Counted from the stretch's first letter, positions 13,142-26,665 are shown. The stretch is 64,000 nucleotides of DNA from Mobula birostris (GCF_030028105.1 NC_092378.1:22934715-22998714), one strand, 5' to 3'. Program-made: numbers and translations. The notes: a model not told the origin generated them from the sequence alone.

Positions 13142-15106
13142 TCCTCTTCAGGATCTGGTTGTCATCTACAAAGTCCAACACTTAATTTCCATCTCTAATT
13201 CCCTTGGAAAAAGTGGTGATGAGCTAGATCTTTCCATCTCAACAGTACATGTAGAGAACATTTCTCCTAGTACTTTGGTACAATGTGACTACCATGCACA
13301 GACCACAGTACTTTGGGACTAAAGTCATCAGATTTCCCTGCCAAAAAGACGTAAGTGGTCCAGTTGGGTTTTGATGACTAGCTGGGTAGCTTCACGATCA
13401 GTTTTGATGATACCAGTTTTTTAAATTCCACATTATGTAATAAATTATTTACATTTCTCATTTCCATTGAAGGAATTTTATCTCATGCCTTAGGATCTTT
13501 AGTTCAGGTTTCTGGATTACGGTTCCAACAGTTTCACTTGGAGGACTTCAGCCAGAGCAGTGAGTTCATATTCCTTCTCAGTCTGGTGGTCCGTCACAAA
13601 TAGAACATCTGGATCTGCCTTGTGCATGAACGTTCAGCAGATTAAGGAATCCTGGCAACATCTCTATCAGAATGTTGAAATCATCCAAAAGTACGAAAGT
13701 CTACGACTACAGCCAAAGGTAAACTGTGTCCATCAGGTTGTGAAAACAACAGACCTTGTTCAAGCCTGCCAAGATTTGATAGTTTGAGCCACATTCTATA
13801 GTTCTTATGAAGGTTGAACAATGCACCTCTAGCTCTGATGCAACTGCAGATGGCCAACGGGTGTTGCTGGCTGTCCAGGCAGTGCCTCTTCGACTTCTTA
13901 CGGTATGACAGCACAAGCAACGCTGATCCACAAAGTTGCAGTGAAGAAATTGGAACAAAAAGGTGAGCCTAATTCCACTCTAAGGTTTGCAGAGGGGGAA
14001 AAAAATCATACCTGCTCCTGAAGAGTGCAAACGTGAAATAAAATTAGAGAATCCTAGAAATCGCAGGTCAGGCAGCATCTGTGGAAACTGAAACGGAATT
14101 AGCATTTCAGGTCAAAGACCCTCTGTTAGATCAGTGAGTCCGCACTTTCAGAGGTAGTGGCAGAGCAAGAGATCAGTTGCACCCATGTCTGCCCTGTATC
14201 GTATGCTGTGCATGCCTGTTGTGGTGTGCAGGCGTAGAAATCCACAGCACACACTGGAGCTGCCTAGAGGTCCTCTACAGGCGCGTGATGAACAGTCAAC
14301 ATGAACCACCCCATTATTTTCTCATTACACCAATAGACACTCTGCCTTTGCCAGATTTTTCCGAGACTGGGAAACACATGCCCTAGTAATTGTATTTCCA
14401 ACCTGCTGGTGAAGTGGCTGTAAACTAGCAATTAACTTTAAATTACCAAACCATCAGAAAAACACACTTTGATTAAACCTGGAAATTGGCTGCTGTATCA
14501 TGTGTGTGGTGGCTATAAACCTCTGTCTACCATGAAACAGAGTCACTCTCTGGGATTAAATTTCTCCCCCAATCCCTTGTTTCAAGAATGGATGTAAAGC
14601 ATCAGGATTCTGGCAGAAGTGCCGTTATTGAATTTAACTGATTTAAAAGAGTCCTTCATTTAAACAGACTGCCTTTATGGCAGCATCAAAAGGCTACCTC
14701 TCTAAAATGTCTTCTTACCAATTCCTATTTTTAAAATAGCATTTATAGTCAGAATGTTCTTTTCCAAACTAAGAAGGAAGGCTTTGGTTAATGTCAGTAT
14801 TATTGCATTCAAAATCAAAGACAAAATTTAGATATCATATCTGCACCATACCATATCAAAACCTAGTATCAGTAAAATTATAATACAAGATTGAAGAAGA
14901 GTTGTTTACTCAGGAGTATGGCTAATAACTGCTGTTTGATCTGCATACTACAAATCAAATAGGTAGTTTGTAATAAACCCTAGTTCCCTTTCTCTTCTTA
15001 ACAGGTACATCAAATAGCTTATTTTAATAATTACCTTGTCAATTAGTGGTATAATACATTTTGGAAACTTTCCAAAGGAAACCTAATTGAAACAGAATAA
15101 CAATGC

Positions 15107-15643
15107 CTTTGAACAGGAAGTCCTACAAAAAGTAGTGGATTTGGCCCAGTATATCACAGATAAAGCCCTCCCAACCATTAAGCACATCTACATGAAACAC
15201 TGTCATAGGAAAGTAGCATCAGGGAGCCCCACCACCCAGATTATACTCTCTTCTCACTGCTGCCATCAGGCAGCAGGTACAAGAGCTTCAGGACTTGCAC
15301 CACCAGGTTCAGGAACAGTTACTACCCCTGAACCATCAGGCTGTTGAGCATAAAGGGATAATTACACTCAACTTTACTTGCCCCATCATTGAAATGTTAC
15401 CACAACCAATGAACTCACTTTCATGGACTCTTCATCTCATGTTTTCTTTATTTATTGCTATTTATTTATATTTGCATTTGCACAATTTGTTGTCTTCTAT
15501 AACAATGGTTGATCTTTCATTGTTCCTGTTACAGTTACTATTCTATAGATTTGTTGAGGATGTCCTTAAGAATATAAATCTCAGGGTTGTGTATGGGATA
15601 GTAATAGACTTCGATTAAAAATGTACTTTGAACTTTGAACTTT
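15107..15643 (+). mobile_element. L2/Rex1-type LINE 3' fragment
   Basis: LQKVVD.AQYIT.KALPTI motif and (TTTGAAC)n tail; same family as copies near 47.8, 59.5 and 61.5 kb. Confidence 0.8.
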
Positions 15644-17094
15644 AACCTTTATTTATGCACTACAACTTATTTTCTGATACACGGTTGTATTGTTGCATGG
15701 TAACTTTAATTACTTGATAATGCATTGGTTACTTACATAAATAACCCTGGGATCGGGTATATAGTTATGATGTACGTATTACAAATTGTAAGAAAATACA
15801 TTGCAGAAGACAGAATGCTGGTTACTTCTTGGATTCACCAGAAATTCCTTTCTTAGTCACATCTGGGACAACCTTATAGAATGGTGTTTGGAAGAAGCTG
15901 AATCTACAAAGGGTAAATAAACTGACCCTGTTAAATTGGTGACCAGTCCTGGGCTGCATTGAAGTAAGTGATTAATATGCACTCATTTCTGAAGACTAGT
16001 ATATGATCTCTAATTAAATAGGTGCAACGTCTTGGAAGTGGAATAAAACAGATAAGCAAATAACTTTCGTATTATTTGATTTTGACTAGCTATTTTTATA
16101 AAGAAACTAAAGATATGTGAAATAATTTCTAGTCAAAATATAGAATTGCTGTAGGAGAAATCAGACCAAGATTAAAGCGGCATGACATTCTTCATTTGAT
16201 GCCATAAAGTGCATGGTGCTTACCGACATGCACATGTCACAAGATCTCATGAAGCTAATTGGATCATTGACAAGCATTCTGCAGTTATTCACAAACTATT
16301 ATGAATCAGTTTATTTCAATTTCCACCACTACAACGTTGCAATAATGTTTAAATCACCATAAGTGATAACAAAGCGTTTTCTGAGTGAGTGATAGTGTTT
16401 GTATTCAAATTCTGAGATCAGCTGAACTTGAAAATAAATCAAGATTACATACTGTCTGATATTATCATCTTTGATTGACACTCAAGAGGGTGTATTGTAC
16501 TATATCTATTTTAGAATACATTTAAAATCCACAATAAAAATAGAATTAAAAGGACATACATATCTTTAGTTACATTACCAGTGCAATATCCCACTAAATT
16601 TAAGCCCTTGAAGTGTATTTGTCGTATTTTGCCAAATGTACCTTATACTACTTACTCCCATTTCTTTTATTCTGCCTTTCAGCCACTAAATTTCCAAAAT
16701 AAATTTGGGAATATCCTCCACAATTTTCTTTTAGTTGATGTACCTGTCACAATTAAAAGTGATAAGGTTAATGAGCTGGGAAAAGGAAAATGGCACAACT
16801 TAATAACTTATGGAGATACAATATATTCTTTATGCAGATGTTGGTGTTGTGTATTTAATATTTCACAAGAGATAACAGGATTTTCCATACTGAATGGATT
16901 TTGCAGTATTTTAAAGCAAATGGAATAGCCAATGAGAAACAAGCACCAATTTTTCTGACTGTATTGGATTTAAAGGCATACGGTTTGCTTACAAGTAATA
17001 CAAAATAGAACATAGAACAATACAGCACAGAAACAGGCCTTTTGGCCCTTCTTAGATGTGACAAACCATTTTTGGTTGGAGGAACTCCAACCAA

Positions 17095-17228
17095 ATGATG
17101 TAGGAACTCAGCAGGCCAGGCAGCATCTATGAAAAAGAGTAAGCAGTCAACGTTTTGGGCCAAGAGTCTTCATCAGGACTAGAAAGAAAGAGGAGAAGTC
17201 AGGTTAAGAAGGTGGGGAGAGGGAAAGA
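17095..17228 (-). mobile_element. Penelope-like pLTR fragment with decayed hammerhead
   Basis: - strand reads agtcCTGATGAagactcttggcccAAAAcgttgact. Confidence 0.75.
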
Positions 17229-17982
17229 GATTTACTTAGAAGATTGATTTCTCCAACCAAACCAGCCAAAATGAGCTTTGCTGATATCATGTAAGTAATG
17301 CAAGACTATCTGGAATTGAAATCATTGTTGATTGCAGAATGCTTAAGGTTTCATAAGTGGGATCAAAAGGAAAGGGAGCATACGTGTTGAATTGAAGAGG
17401 TTTACTGAGCATTGTCAGTTTGGTAATGGACTTTGTGATGCACTGAGAGATTATTTTGTTCGTGGTATCTTACAAGAAAGCATCAAAATGGCTCTTAACT
17501 GAAGCACACCTTACATTTAAAAGAGCAGTTGAAATAGCTGTATTAATGGAAACATCAGACAGAGACACAATTAAGTTGCAATCAGGAATGAAAGTGAGTG
17601 TGAACAAAATTACAACGTCTAAACAGAAACTGGCCTGGCCACACAAATTGTGTTACCATTGTGGTAGGGGCTCACGCACCAAACTGATGCAGATTTAAAG
17701 CTGCAACTTGCAGAAATTGCAACTAAGTAGGATGCATACAAAGAGCATGTTGGTCAGATAAAAATAAATGGACTGCAAAGGGAAGAGAAAAAGATAAAAA
17801 TTCTGGTTGCAGTTGTAAAAAGAGCACCAATCTGCATGCTGTTGATGAAAAATCTGATAATGATGAAAGTGGCACAAGACTGCGTAGCCCTGAGATTTAC
17901 AACAAGACACAAGCAATATGCTTACACCAGAAGTGAATAACAAATTAATTAAAGTCAAATTGGACATTGGTTTGGCTGTTCA

Positions 17983-19005
17983 GCATCTGATATGTTAATC
18001 AGGCAGTTACTTCCAAAATGTGTCTTGCATTTAAACTGGAAGGGAGTTCAAAGAGCTTCTGGAAAGGTGCAGGCATTCGTCTTTTCTGAGTATAAGAAAC
18101 CAGAAGCTACTTTGTGTGCATTTAGGTTATTGCATGAACTTCAAGTGAGAGACAAAAAGCTGCTTGTAAAAGTAGATGCAAAGACCAAACCCCAGCTGGA
18201 TGAATGAAAGGGCCGAAAGGAAAGGAGTCAATGAAGATACAAGGGGTGATTGATAAGTTCGTGGCCTAAGGTAGAAGGAGTCAATTTTAGAAAACATAGT
18301 ACATTTATTTTTCAACATAGACCCCTCCTACATGTACGGACTTAGCCCAGCGGTCGTGGAGCATATGAATCCCTTCTTTGTAGAAGTGGTCCGCAGCAGG
18401 GTGATTGATAAGTTCGTGGCCTAAGGTAGAAGGAGATGAGTTATTAACTTTGAACTTTCTGTATTATCACTCAAAGAGTTGAACTGCACGTGCATGTAAC
18501 GAGAGCATCCTGGACCTCCATGTGGTCCACAGCAGGGGTGATTGATACGTTCGTGGCCTAAGGTAGAAAGAGGTGAGTTATACAGCTCTCGTTACATGCA
18601 CGTGCAGTTCAACTCTTTGAGTGAAAATCCAGAAAGTTTGAAATTTCTCCTCATTTCCTTGCACTTTAGGCCACAAACTTATCAATCACCCCTGTTGTGG
18701 ACCACTTTCTGGAGGTTCAAGACGCCCACTTCTACAAAGGAGGGATCTGTATGCTCCACGACTGCTGGACTAAGTGTGTAAATGTAGGAAAAATAAATGT
18801 GCTAGGTTTTCTAAAATTGACTCCATCTCCCTTAGGCCTTAAACTTATCAATCATCCCTCTTACGAAAACAAAGGATTCATAAGATGATGTTGTGGATGA
18901 GGAAACCAAGTGGAGAGATCAGATCCTAAAGGAGCAATATTCCAGTAAACTAAATGTACATTTAGATGCACGAACTAGAAGAATAAAAAGGAAAGAGAAA
19001 AAGAG
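17983..19005 (+). pseudogene. RBM25: Intronless RBM25 mRNA fragment (RRM region), split by a mariner MITE
   Basis: ASDMLIRQLLPKC..LNWKGVQRASGKVQAF.FSEYKKPEATL.A.RLLHELQVRDKKLLVKVDAKTKPQLDE* continues after the MITE as DEETKWRDQILK..YSSKLN...KRKEKK. This matches the remembered RBM25 sequence; in-frame stops are present. Confidence 0.85.
18240..18861. mobile_element. Mariner-type MITE, copy 1
   Basis: TA TSD (18238-39, 18862-63); long TIRs caaggggtgattgataagttcgtggcctaagg...; internal TIR-derived repeats. Confidence 0.88.
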
Positions 19006-19110
19006 TGTCCACAACTGTCAGAACCACATCCTGCAGACTCAGAGTCATCTCCTACAACCTCCACAGAGGAGGCCCCAGAACCCTGAGATTGTTTTCACAG
19101 CCACAAGTCT

Positions 19111-20010
19111 CATAAGACCATAAGATATAGGAGCTGAAGTAGGTCATTCGGCTCTTCGCGTCTGCTCCACCATTCAATCATGGATTGATCTAATTCTTCC
19201 AGTCATCCCCACTCCCCTGCTTTCACCCCGTACCCTTTGATGTCCTGGCTAATCAAGAACCTGTCTATTTCTTCCTTAAATACACCCAATGACTTGGCCT
19301 CCACAGCCGCTCATGGCAACAAATTCTACAGATTTACCACCCTCTGACTAAAGTAATTTGTCCACATCTCAGTTCTAAATGGACATCCTTCAATCCCGAA
19401 GTCGCGCCCTCTTGTCCTAGAATCCCCTACCATGGGAAATAACTTTGCCGTATCTAATCTGTTCAGGCCTTTTAACATTCTGAATGTTTCTATGAGATCC
19501 CCCTTCATTCTCCTGAACTCCAGGGAATACAGCCCAAGAGCTGCCAGACGTTCATCATATGGTAACCCTTTCATTCCTGGAATCATTCTCATGAATCTTC
19601 TCTTAAACCTCTTCAATGTCAGTATATCCTTTCTAAAATAAGGAGGCCAAGACTGCAGACAACACTCCAAGTGTGGTCTCATGAGTGCCTTATAGAGCCT
19701 CAACATCACAACCCTGCTCTTATATTCTATACCTCTAGAAATGGAATGGCAACATTGCATTTGCCTTCTTCACAACCGACTCAACTTGGAGATTAACCTT
19801 TAAGGGCATCTTGCACAAGGACTCCCAAGTCCCTTTGCATCTTTGCATTTTGAACTCTTTCCCCATCTAAATAATAGTATGCCCATTTATTTCTTCCACC
19901 AAAGTTCATGACCATACACTTTCCAACATTGTATTTCATTTGCCACTTCTTTTCCCATTCTCCTAAACTATCTAAGTCTCTCTGCCGGCTCTCTGTTTCC
20001 TCAACACTAC
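19111..20010 (-). mobile_element. CR1 LINE 3' fragment
   Basis: ORFs 19326-19760 and 19793-20035 (LYKALMRPHLE, WQMKYNVGKC); tail cataagaccataag. Confidence 0.9.
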
Positions 20011-20156
20011 CCAGCAGATACCTTCCTTGTACCAAGTATCAAGTTCCTTGTCAGGAAAGACATTACCCTACAAGAATAAGAAATCCTCCACATTGATTAA
20101 ATCTTTAAACCTGAAGGGGACTATTTAAAACCTACTATGCAGTGGATGTCTATATA

Positions 20157-20779
20157 CAAGGGGTGATTGATAAGTTTGTGGCCTAAGGTAGAAAGAGTCA
20201 ATTTTAGAAGACCTAGCATATTTATTTTTCAACATAGCCCCCTCCTACATGTACGCACTTAGTCCAGTGGTCGTGGAGCATACAGATCCCTTCTTTGTGG
20301 AAGTGGTCCACAGCAGGAGTGATTGATAAGTTCGTGGCCTAAGGTAGAAGGAGATGAGTTATTAACTTTGAACTTTCTGCACTATCACTCAAAGAGTTGA
20401 ACTGCATGTGCATGTAACAAGAGCGTCTTGGACCTCCAGGTGATCCACAGCAAGAGTGATTGATAAGTTCGTGGCCTAAGGTAGAAGGAGATGAGTTATA
20501 CAGCTCTTGTTACATGCACGTGCAGTTCAACTCTTTGAGTGAAAATGCAGAAAGTTTGAAATTTCTCCTCATCTCCTTCTACTTTAGGCCACAAACTTAT
20601 CAATCACCTCTGCTGTGGACCACTTTCTGGAGGTCCAAGATGGCGACTTCTACAAAGAAGGGATCCGTATGCTCCACGACTGCTGGACTAAGTGTGTAAA
20701 TGTAGGAAAAATAAATGTGCTAGGTTTTCTAAAATTGACTCTTTCTACCTTAGGCCACGAACTTATCAATAACCCCTCG
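20157..20779. mobile_element. Mariner-type MITE, copy 2
   Basis: Near-identical to 18240-18861; TA TSD (20155-56, 20780-81). Confidence 0.9.
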
Positions 20780-21289
20780 TAGTAGTTATAGTATACTGTA
20801 TATATACTGTTGTATATTTAATATTTCAGTAATATTGTAAATATATTGTTTGATTAAGCATTCGTTGTTGTTTAAATAATTCACTATGGGTTATATATAA
20901 AAGTACTTGCATGGCATACATCATTGTGCCAACACGTTATACGTTTGCAGCTCACTTAAAGTAAAAACAAAGTTAGACTCGCGTTCTGGACTCTCCGTGT
21001 TTTCCTTACAATTAGTTTTATGCTTTGGAGTTACAAAAGATAACATTTGGAATCCGGAGGAGCTCAGCAGGCTGAGCAACATTGGCAAGAAGAAATGAAT
21101 TTCAGATCAAAACCCCGCATCAAGACAAATTCTTATGGGATATCTACACTGTTACTCCTGGGAAGCCATTTTATTACTTTCAAGGTAAATGTGTTTTAGG
21201 TATACAAACATTTGTATATTACCTGAGAAGCACAAACCTGTCATTACTGCATACAGAAAACAATTTCCAGCTTTCCAAAAGATGTGGCA

Positions 21290-21627
21290 GCAAAACTATT
21301 TGGCTTGGCCTCAGAGAAGGGAAGGTCAGAGGAGATGAAGACCTGGCATGGATGAGAGCGAGGATCAGAGGGCAGGATGGGGTTTGTAGTGTCAGAGGAG
21401 AGGGGAGGGTTGGGGTGTTCAGGGAAGGTGGAGTGAGAAGAAGATGGAGTCTCCAAGCACCCAAGAGCTGGTGGTGGAGCCTGAGAGACATGGGATTGCA
21501 GAGTAGTGGTGGGGGGAGATGAGGAGTCAGAGTAAGAAAGTTGGGGGGAGGAAATGTTGACTGTACTCTTTTCCATAGATGCTGCCTGGCCTGCTGAGTT
21601 CCTCCAGTATCTTGTGTGTGTTGCTCA
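21290..21627. mobile_element. Penelope-like fragment (ORF N-terminus on -, pLTR end on +)
   Basis: CQVFISSDLPFSEAK resembles a PLE ORF N-terminal region; gatgctgcctggcctgctgagttcctccag is the pLTR end. Confidence 0.6.
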
Positions 21628-21629
21628 GT

Positions 21630-22310
21630 AGAAAAAAGCCTGCTTGCATCTACCCTATCTATACCCCTCATAATTTTGTATATCTCTATCAACTCTCCCT
21701 TCATTTTCCTGCACTCAATGGAATAAAGTCCTAATCTATTTAACCTTTCCTTATATCTCACGTCCTGGCAACATCATTGTAAATTTTCTCTGCACTCTTT
21801 GAAAGGTTCCTTTATTATCCACGCATGTATCCATACACATTTCAATTTTATTGATATTTTTCCTGTGGGTATGTGACCAGAAGTGCACGCAATATTCCAA
21901 ACTAGGCCTCACCAACATCTTATACTTCAACATAACATCCCAACTCCTGTACTCAGTACTTCGATTTATAAAAACCAAAGTGCCAGAAGTTCTCTTTACG
22001 ACCCTATCTACCTGTGGCACTATAAGGAATCTATATACCTAGATTCCCCTGTTCTACCACAGTCCTTTGTCCCCTACAGCTCACCATGTAAGTTCTACAC
22101 TTGTTTGTCCTCCCAAAGTGCAATACCTCACATTTGTGTGCATTAAATTCCTTCTGCCATTTTTCATTTCATTTTTCTAGCTGGTCCAGATCCCACTGCA
22201 AGCTTGATAGCCTTCCTCACTATCAACTATGCCCCTACCCTGGAGTCATCTGCAAATTTGCTGGTCCGGTTTACCATATAAGTTTCCAGATCATCGATAT
22301 AGATGACAAT
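21630..22310 (-). mobile_element. CR1 LINE fragment
   Basis: YKMLVRPSLEYCVHFWS; LGLYSIECRKMKGELIEIYKI. Confidence 0.85.
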
Positions 22311-23199
22311 TCTGTTCTGATTTTTATGACATTCCATGACAATTAAGTAATGCAAAATAAAAGGATAATGAAGTTACACTCAATGAAATTATATGCTCTT
22401 TAAATGAAGTTTCTCACATATGTTACAATATTTTTTGCTTAACCCATTCAGTCATACAGAATTGCAAGTATTATTATGAGGCCATCTCAGCTTCAATGAG
22501 ACTTGGCTTCTATTATATCAGAATATGCCAGAATGACAAGAATAATTAATAGGATTGCCCACAAAATAGATGCAAAGGTAGAAAATTGCTTCATTAAAAA
22601 TTCATAAATTAATTTAGTTATGCAGTGAAGTCAACTCCTGATAAATGTATATTTCTTTCAAGCATAATTCTGAGTCAAGTTTAGATAGTACAAAATCACA
22701 TCCTAATCATTCTCACTGTGTACAATTGACCCTTGGATAATAATGTTATGTCCTTGAATACACTGGATTCTACCTAACAACCAGATATTAGTCCATATCG
22801 ACTAATATATATGGACCCACCTGCCCATATTCACCAACACTTATCTTGTTGGTGCTCTACATGTGGGAAATACCTGCTTAGATGTGCCAAAGTCTCAACA
22901 GAAAATAAATCTTGTAGAACCACCTCCAAGGCCACCTTAGACAGTAGCTCAAACTGTGGGTTGGACTTAGAAACTTTTGACAACCTGTAAAGCCATTGCA
23001 ACAATTTTAAATGCCTCTGATGTAGAGAGAAAAATATTTAGTTTCAAAGTCCATAAATACTGATATTCAGAGGTATTTAAAGCAATCAAAATTGCTGTGG
23101 AAGAACAAAAAGAATTAGAAACCGAAAAATCAATGCTCATTTGAACGTTGTTTCTGCTGAGTGCTCACACCTCAACTGATAACAAAACGTTTGTGACCT

Positions 23200-23455
23200 A
23201 ACCTTCAGGCTCGGACAAGCAAGGAGTATCTGTACATAAGGTGACTCTGACAGGAAATAATAAAGTAGTGATGGTGGGAGATGTCGTTGGGTGATTTCAT
23301 GGGGGAAGACGTTGATCAGCCTTACTGCTTAGAGAAAGTCACTGATTTTGAATCTGTTGGTTCTGGCGTGGATGCTGTGTAGCCCCCTCCTTGATGGCGT
23401 TGGAACCCACCGTCCATAACAGGTGTGGGTAGGATCCTTGATGATGCTGCTGCCC
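23200..23455 (-). mobile_element. Decayed Rex1/L2-type LINE 3' end
   Basis: - strand SSIIKDPTH...PSRR motif. Confidence 0.5.
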
Positions 23456-24689
23456 TTAAAAACTACTTCTTAAAACTTCTTCTTAAAGCTTCTTTTGAAG
23501 AAGCATCTTAATAACTACTTCTTTCATCCAGCTTTGTATCTCCTTGCAAAAGATAATGCTCCTGTGAAATGCCATAGGATGTCAGACTAAGTTAAAGACA
23601 CTATAAATATACTTTCTTGATGTATGAGAAGAAATAAACTATAGAATCAATCTTTAGATTTCTACATTTACAGATGAAAGCTTTTAAAATTATTTTGAGC
23701 ATAAAAACAATATTCCATTTATATCTAAAATCTTTAGTGAATTTTATATAACTAGGCTTTATTCATATGGATTTTGCATAACAAGCATGATTTATTTTCT
23801 AGCTAGCTTTAGCACATTATTTGTGAGAATGCTTTGGGACCAGTCTTATGGCCTCAATCTATCATAGGAGTTTGGGCCTGACAATTTAAAATATGCCTCA
23901 CTGATTTATTTGAATACTAATCTTTTGCTTAACAGTAAAGAGAATATGATTTAAATCTGACTTCAGAATCTGAGAACAAAGATTTGAATTAAGTAGACTG
24001 ATAGCAGTTCTGGACGCAACTGCTGTCAACCATTAAGGCCTCTGCTCCTTTCAGACTACAGTGCTTGTACAGTGAAATGCTGAAGTGTGGGATGAGTTAG
24101 AGGTCAGGTGCTGGTGCATTTGACCATCTACTCCACCACTGAGTCCAACATTGAGGCAGTGATGCACGGAGGAGAAAGGGCCAGATGCACTTTGCATCTG
24201 GTCTCTTAGCTTTATGCCAGGGATGGCAGGTGTATGAAAAGAAACTCCATTCATTTGAGTAGTTTACCAACCTTACAGAATAAAATAAATGCATTGAAGC
24301 ATCTGAGTTCCTTTATTTGAATTTTAAATTATCTGTTGGAATTTTAATGCATTGTCAACTTTCAGAGGGTTCTTTTTAAAAAAAAAATCCTATTTATTAA
24401 TCACTTGAGTAGCATTTAAATGTCTCTTGCCATCATTTGCTACTAAAAACTCTTCAAAGTCCTCTGAGGGCTGATGAGTAATCAGTGCTGTCAATGGTTA
24501 AGGGGTTAGTTAGTCCTCAGGGTAAAATGGCTCCGGTCTACTTCATGTTCAGAGCATGATTCTCTTATTGCACAGGGTCAATTCATCTGCCCTGTTTCCA
24601 AGAAAAGTAGGTGCAAGTGAGAACTATGAGTGATGATACTGTGAATCGCCAAGGCATTCTGGCCCATTTTCTAGTCTGATCCATTTTGC

Positions 24690-25250
24690 AGTAGAGATGC
24701 ATCATCTTTAAATGTAATATTGAACTAAGGCCTTTAACAGAAGATGTTAAAGATCCATACTATTGTTTCCAGAAGAGCAGGGGAGAGTTCTGGAAAATAA
24801 TTTTTATTGTCAAAGTAAACTTTATTCATAATAAAAATATTTACAAGAATAAACTGTTCAATGTATTTTAATTCTTTACATTCATAGTCAATGTTTTGCA
24901 TATTATTCTACTACGTTCCTACACATCAATAGCACTGCTACCACTCATGTGGCCCCTGGGGTGGTGTACCACTACAATAATTGAGGGCTTCCTCTCCCAA
25001 CCCCCACCCTCCCCCTCCAGTAGAAGAAGAAACCTATGGTTTGACTCTTCCACAGCGAGCCATTGCGGTGACTGCACCAAGTTTCAGTAGGTCCCTCAAC
25101 AGCCTAGAATGTGCCAACTATTCCTCAAAATAATTGCCAAAATAAATGTTCTGCAATAGAGCAGTGATACTATTCTGAATGGTTTACTATTTCATTCATC
25201 AAGAGCTTAGGAATATCCCAGGAATGTGAAAAATGCATCATGTATTTCCT
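24690..25250 (+). mobile_element. Deu-domain SINE remnant interrupted by a Tx1-like fragment
   Basis: gatgttaaagatccatactattgtttccagaagagcagggagagttct resembles the Deu domain. Confidence 0.5.
24797..25120 (-). mobile_element. Tx1-like LINE 3' end
   Basis: - strand LAHSRL..LRDLLKLGAVTAMARCG followed by AATAAA and an A-rich end. Confidence 0.55.
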
Positions 25251-26264
25251 CATTTTCCAAATTTAATGCAACCATGAAACATTATTTTTCAGCATATGAA
25301 GTCAAATAGAGCTAAGGAATTAAAGGGGTCAGATATATAACATAAGTAATTAACATATAACTCCAACCTGATTGGCTAACATGATTTTTGTAATGAACTA
25401 TTTATTTATTAATAAATGTTTTACTCAGTGCTGTGAGTCAGGCAAGACAGTGGGACACAGCAGGAAAATGGAAAATTATGTGATTATTACATAATTGTCC
25501 TATTCATATGTCTGGCCATGTTTACATATTAATGTTCAGAAGGCAGGACAAGGAATGGAAAATAACTTGCATGGAGATAACTCATCATAAACATCAACCC
25601 CGATTGCACAATGAACTTTTTAAAATTGAAGGTAAAATTTCGAAGGTCACATCTTTAACGTTTGTTGATGGCATATAAATGACATTCAGCTTGTGTATTG
25701 AATGGGTAAATGTTGCAATAAATGAGATTTACTTCTTATTTTCCTCCTTGAATCGAGAACAGTGCTGCAATGGTCCTGATGAACACTGAACATAAATACA
25801 AACAGCCCCTTTGTCCCATGTTATCTATGCCGACCATAAAGCCAATCTAAACTAATCTCGTACCTACACATGGTTTATATCATTCTGTTATCTACCTATT
25901 CATATGCCTGTCTAAATCCCTCTTCAACATTGCTATTTGCTTCCACTACTTCCCATGGCAACAAGTTCCAGGCACCTACCACTCTCTGTGTTAAAATAAA
26001 GCTTGCCTTGAAAAGCTCCTTTTAATGTCCCCCCCCCCAAAAAAAAACACCCTCACCTTAAAGCTAGGCCCTTTATAATTTGATATTTCTACGCTGGTGA
26101 AAAGACTGTGACTATCTATCCCATTTATGCCTCTCATAATTTTTTTATACTTCTATCAGGTTGCTTCTCAACCTCTCACATCCCAAACAAAATGATCCAA
26201 GTATGCCTCACTTCTCAATATTTTTAATACTCTCTAGCCCAGGCACCATCCCAATGAATCTTTT

Positions 26265-26545
26265 ATTTATTGATTGATTGATTGAGATAGGACATGGAAT
26301 AGGCCCTTCCAGCTCTTAGAGTTGAGCCGCACCGTACAGCAGTCTCCTGAGTTAATGCCAGCCTAATCACAGGACAATTTACAATGATCAATTAATCTAC
26401 CAACCGGTACGTCTTTGGACTGTGGGAGGAAACCAGAGCACCCTGAGGAAACCTATGCGGTCATGGGGAGAACATACAAACTCCTTACAGGCAGCAGGGG
26501 GAACTGAGCCCGGTTCACTGCGCCAACCACTAAGCTAATGTGCCA
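26265..26545 (-). mobile_element. V-SINE (HE1-like)
   Basis: - strand V-domain ggagtttgtatgttctccccatgacc...ggtttcctcccacagtccaaagac; tRNA-like head; (ATCA)n tail. Confidence 0.8.
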
Positions 26546-26665
26546 CCCCTTTTCTCAAAAGCTCCCCATCCTTCCTGTAGTGCAGTGACCAGAACTGCAC
26601 ACAATATTCTGAATGTTCAAAGTTTAAAATTTCATACAAGCCCATGCTGACTATCCCTAATAAGT

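Larger units (their letters stand above)
17229..21045 (+). mobile_element. Decayed Gypsy-type LTR element (gag, protease start, pol C-terminus, probable 3' LTR at about 20808-21045) with internal insertions
   Basis: gag-like WLLTEAHLTFKRAVEIAVLME and CYHCGRGS knuckle; protease-like KLDIGLAV; pol-end motif RHYPTRIRNPPH (about 20060-20096); terminal TG...TAACA segment. Confidence 0.7.

Noticed and set aside
18240-18700. ~35-bp repeats separated by spacers, superficially CRISPR-like
   Set aside because: Eukaryotic context, spacers over 100 bp and self-related, mixed orientation, TA-flanked TIRs: a mariner MITE
24470-24520. CTGATGAG as a possible additional hammerhead
   Set aside because: No stem II followed by GAAA and no cleavage triplet in register
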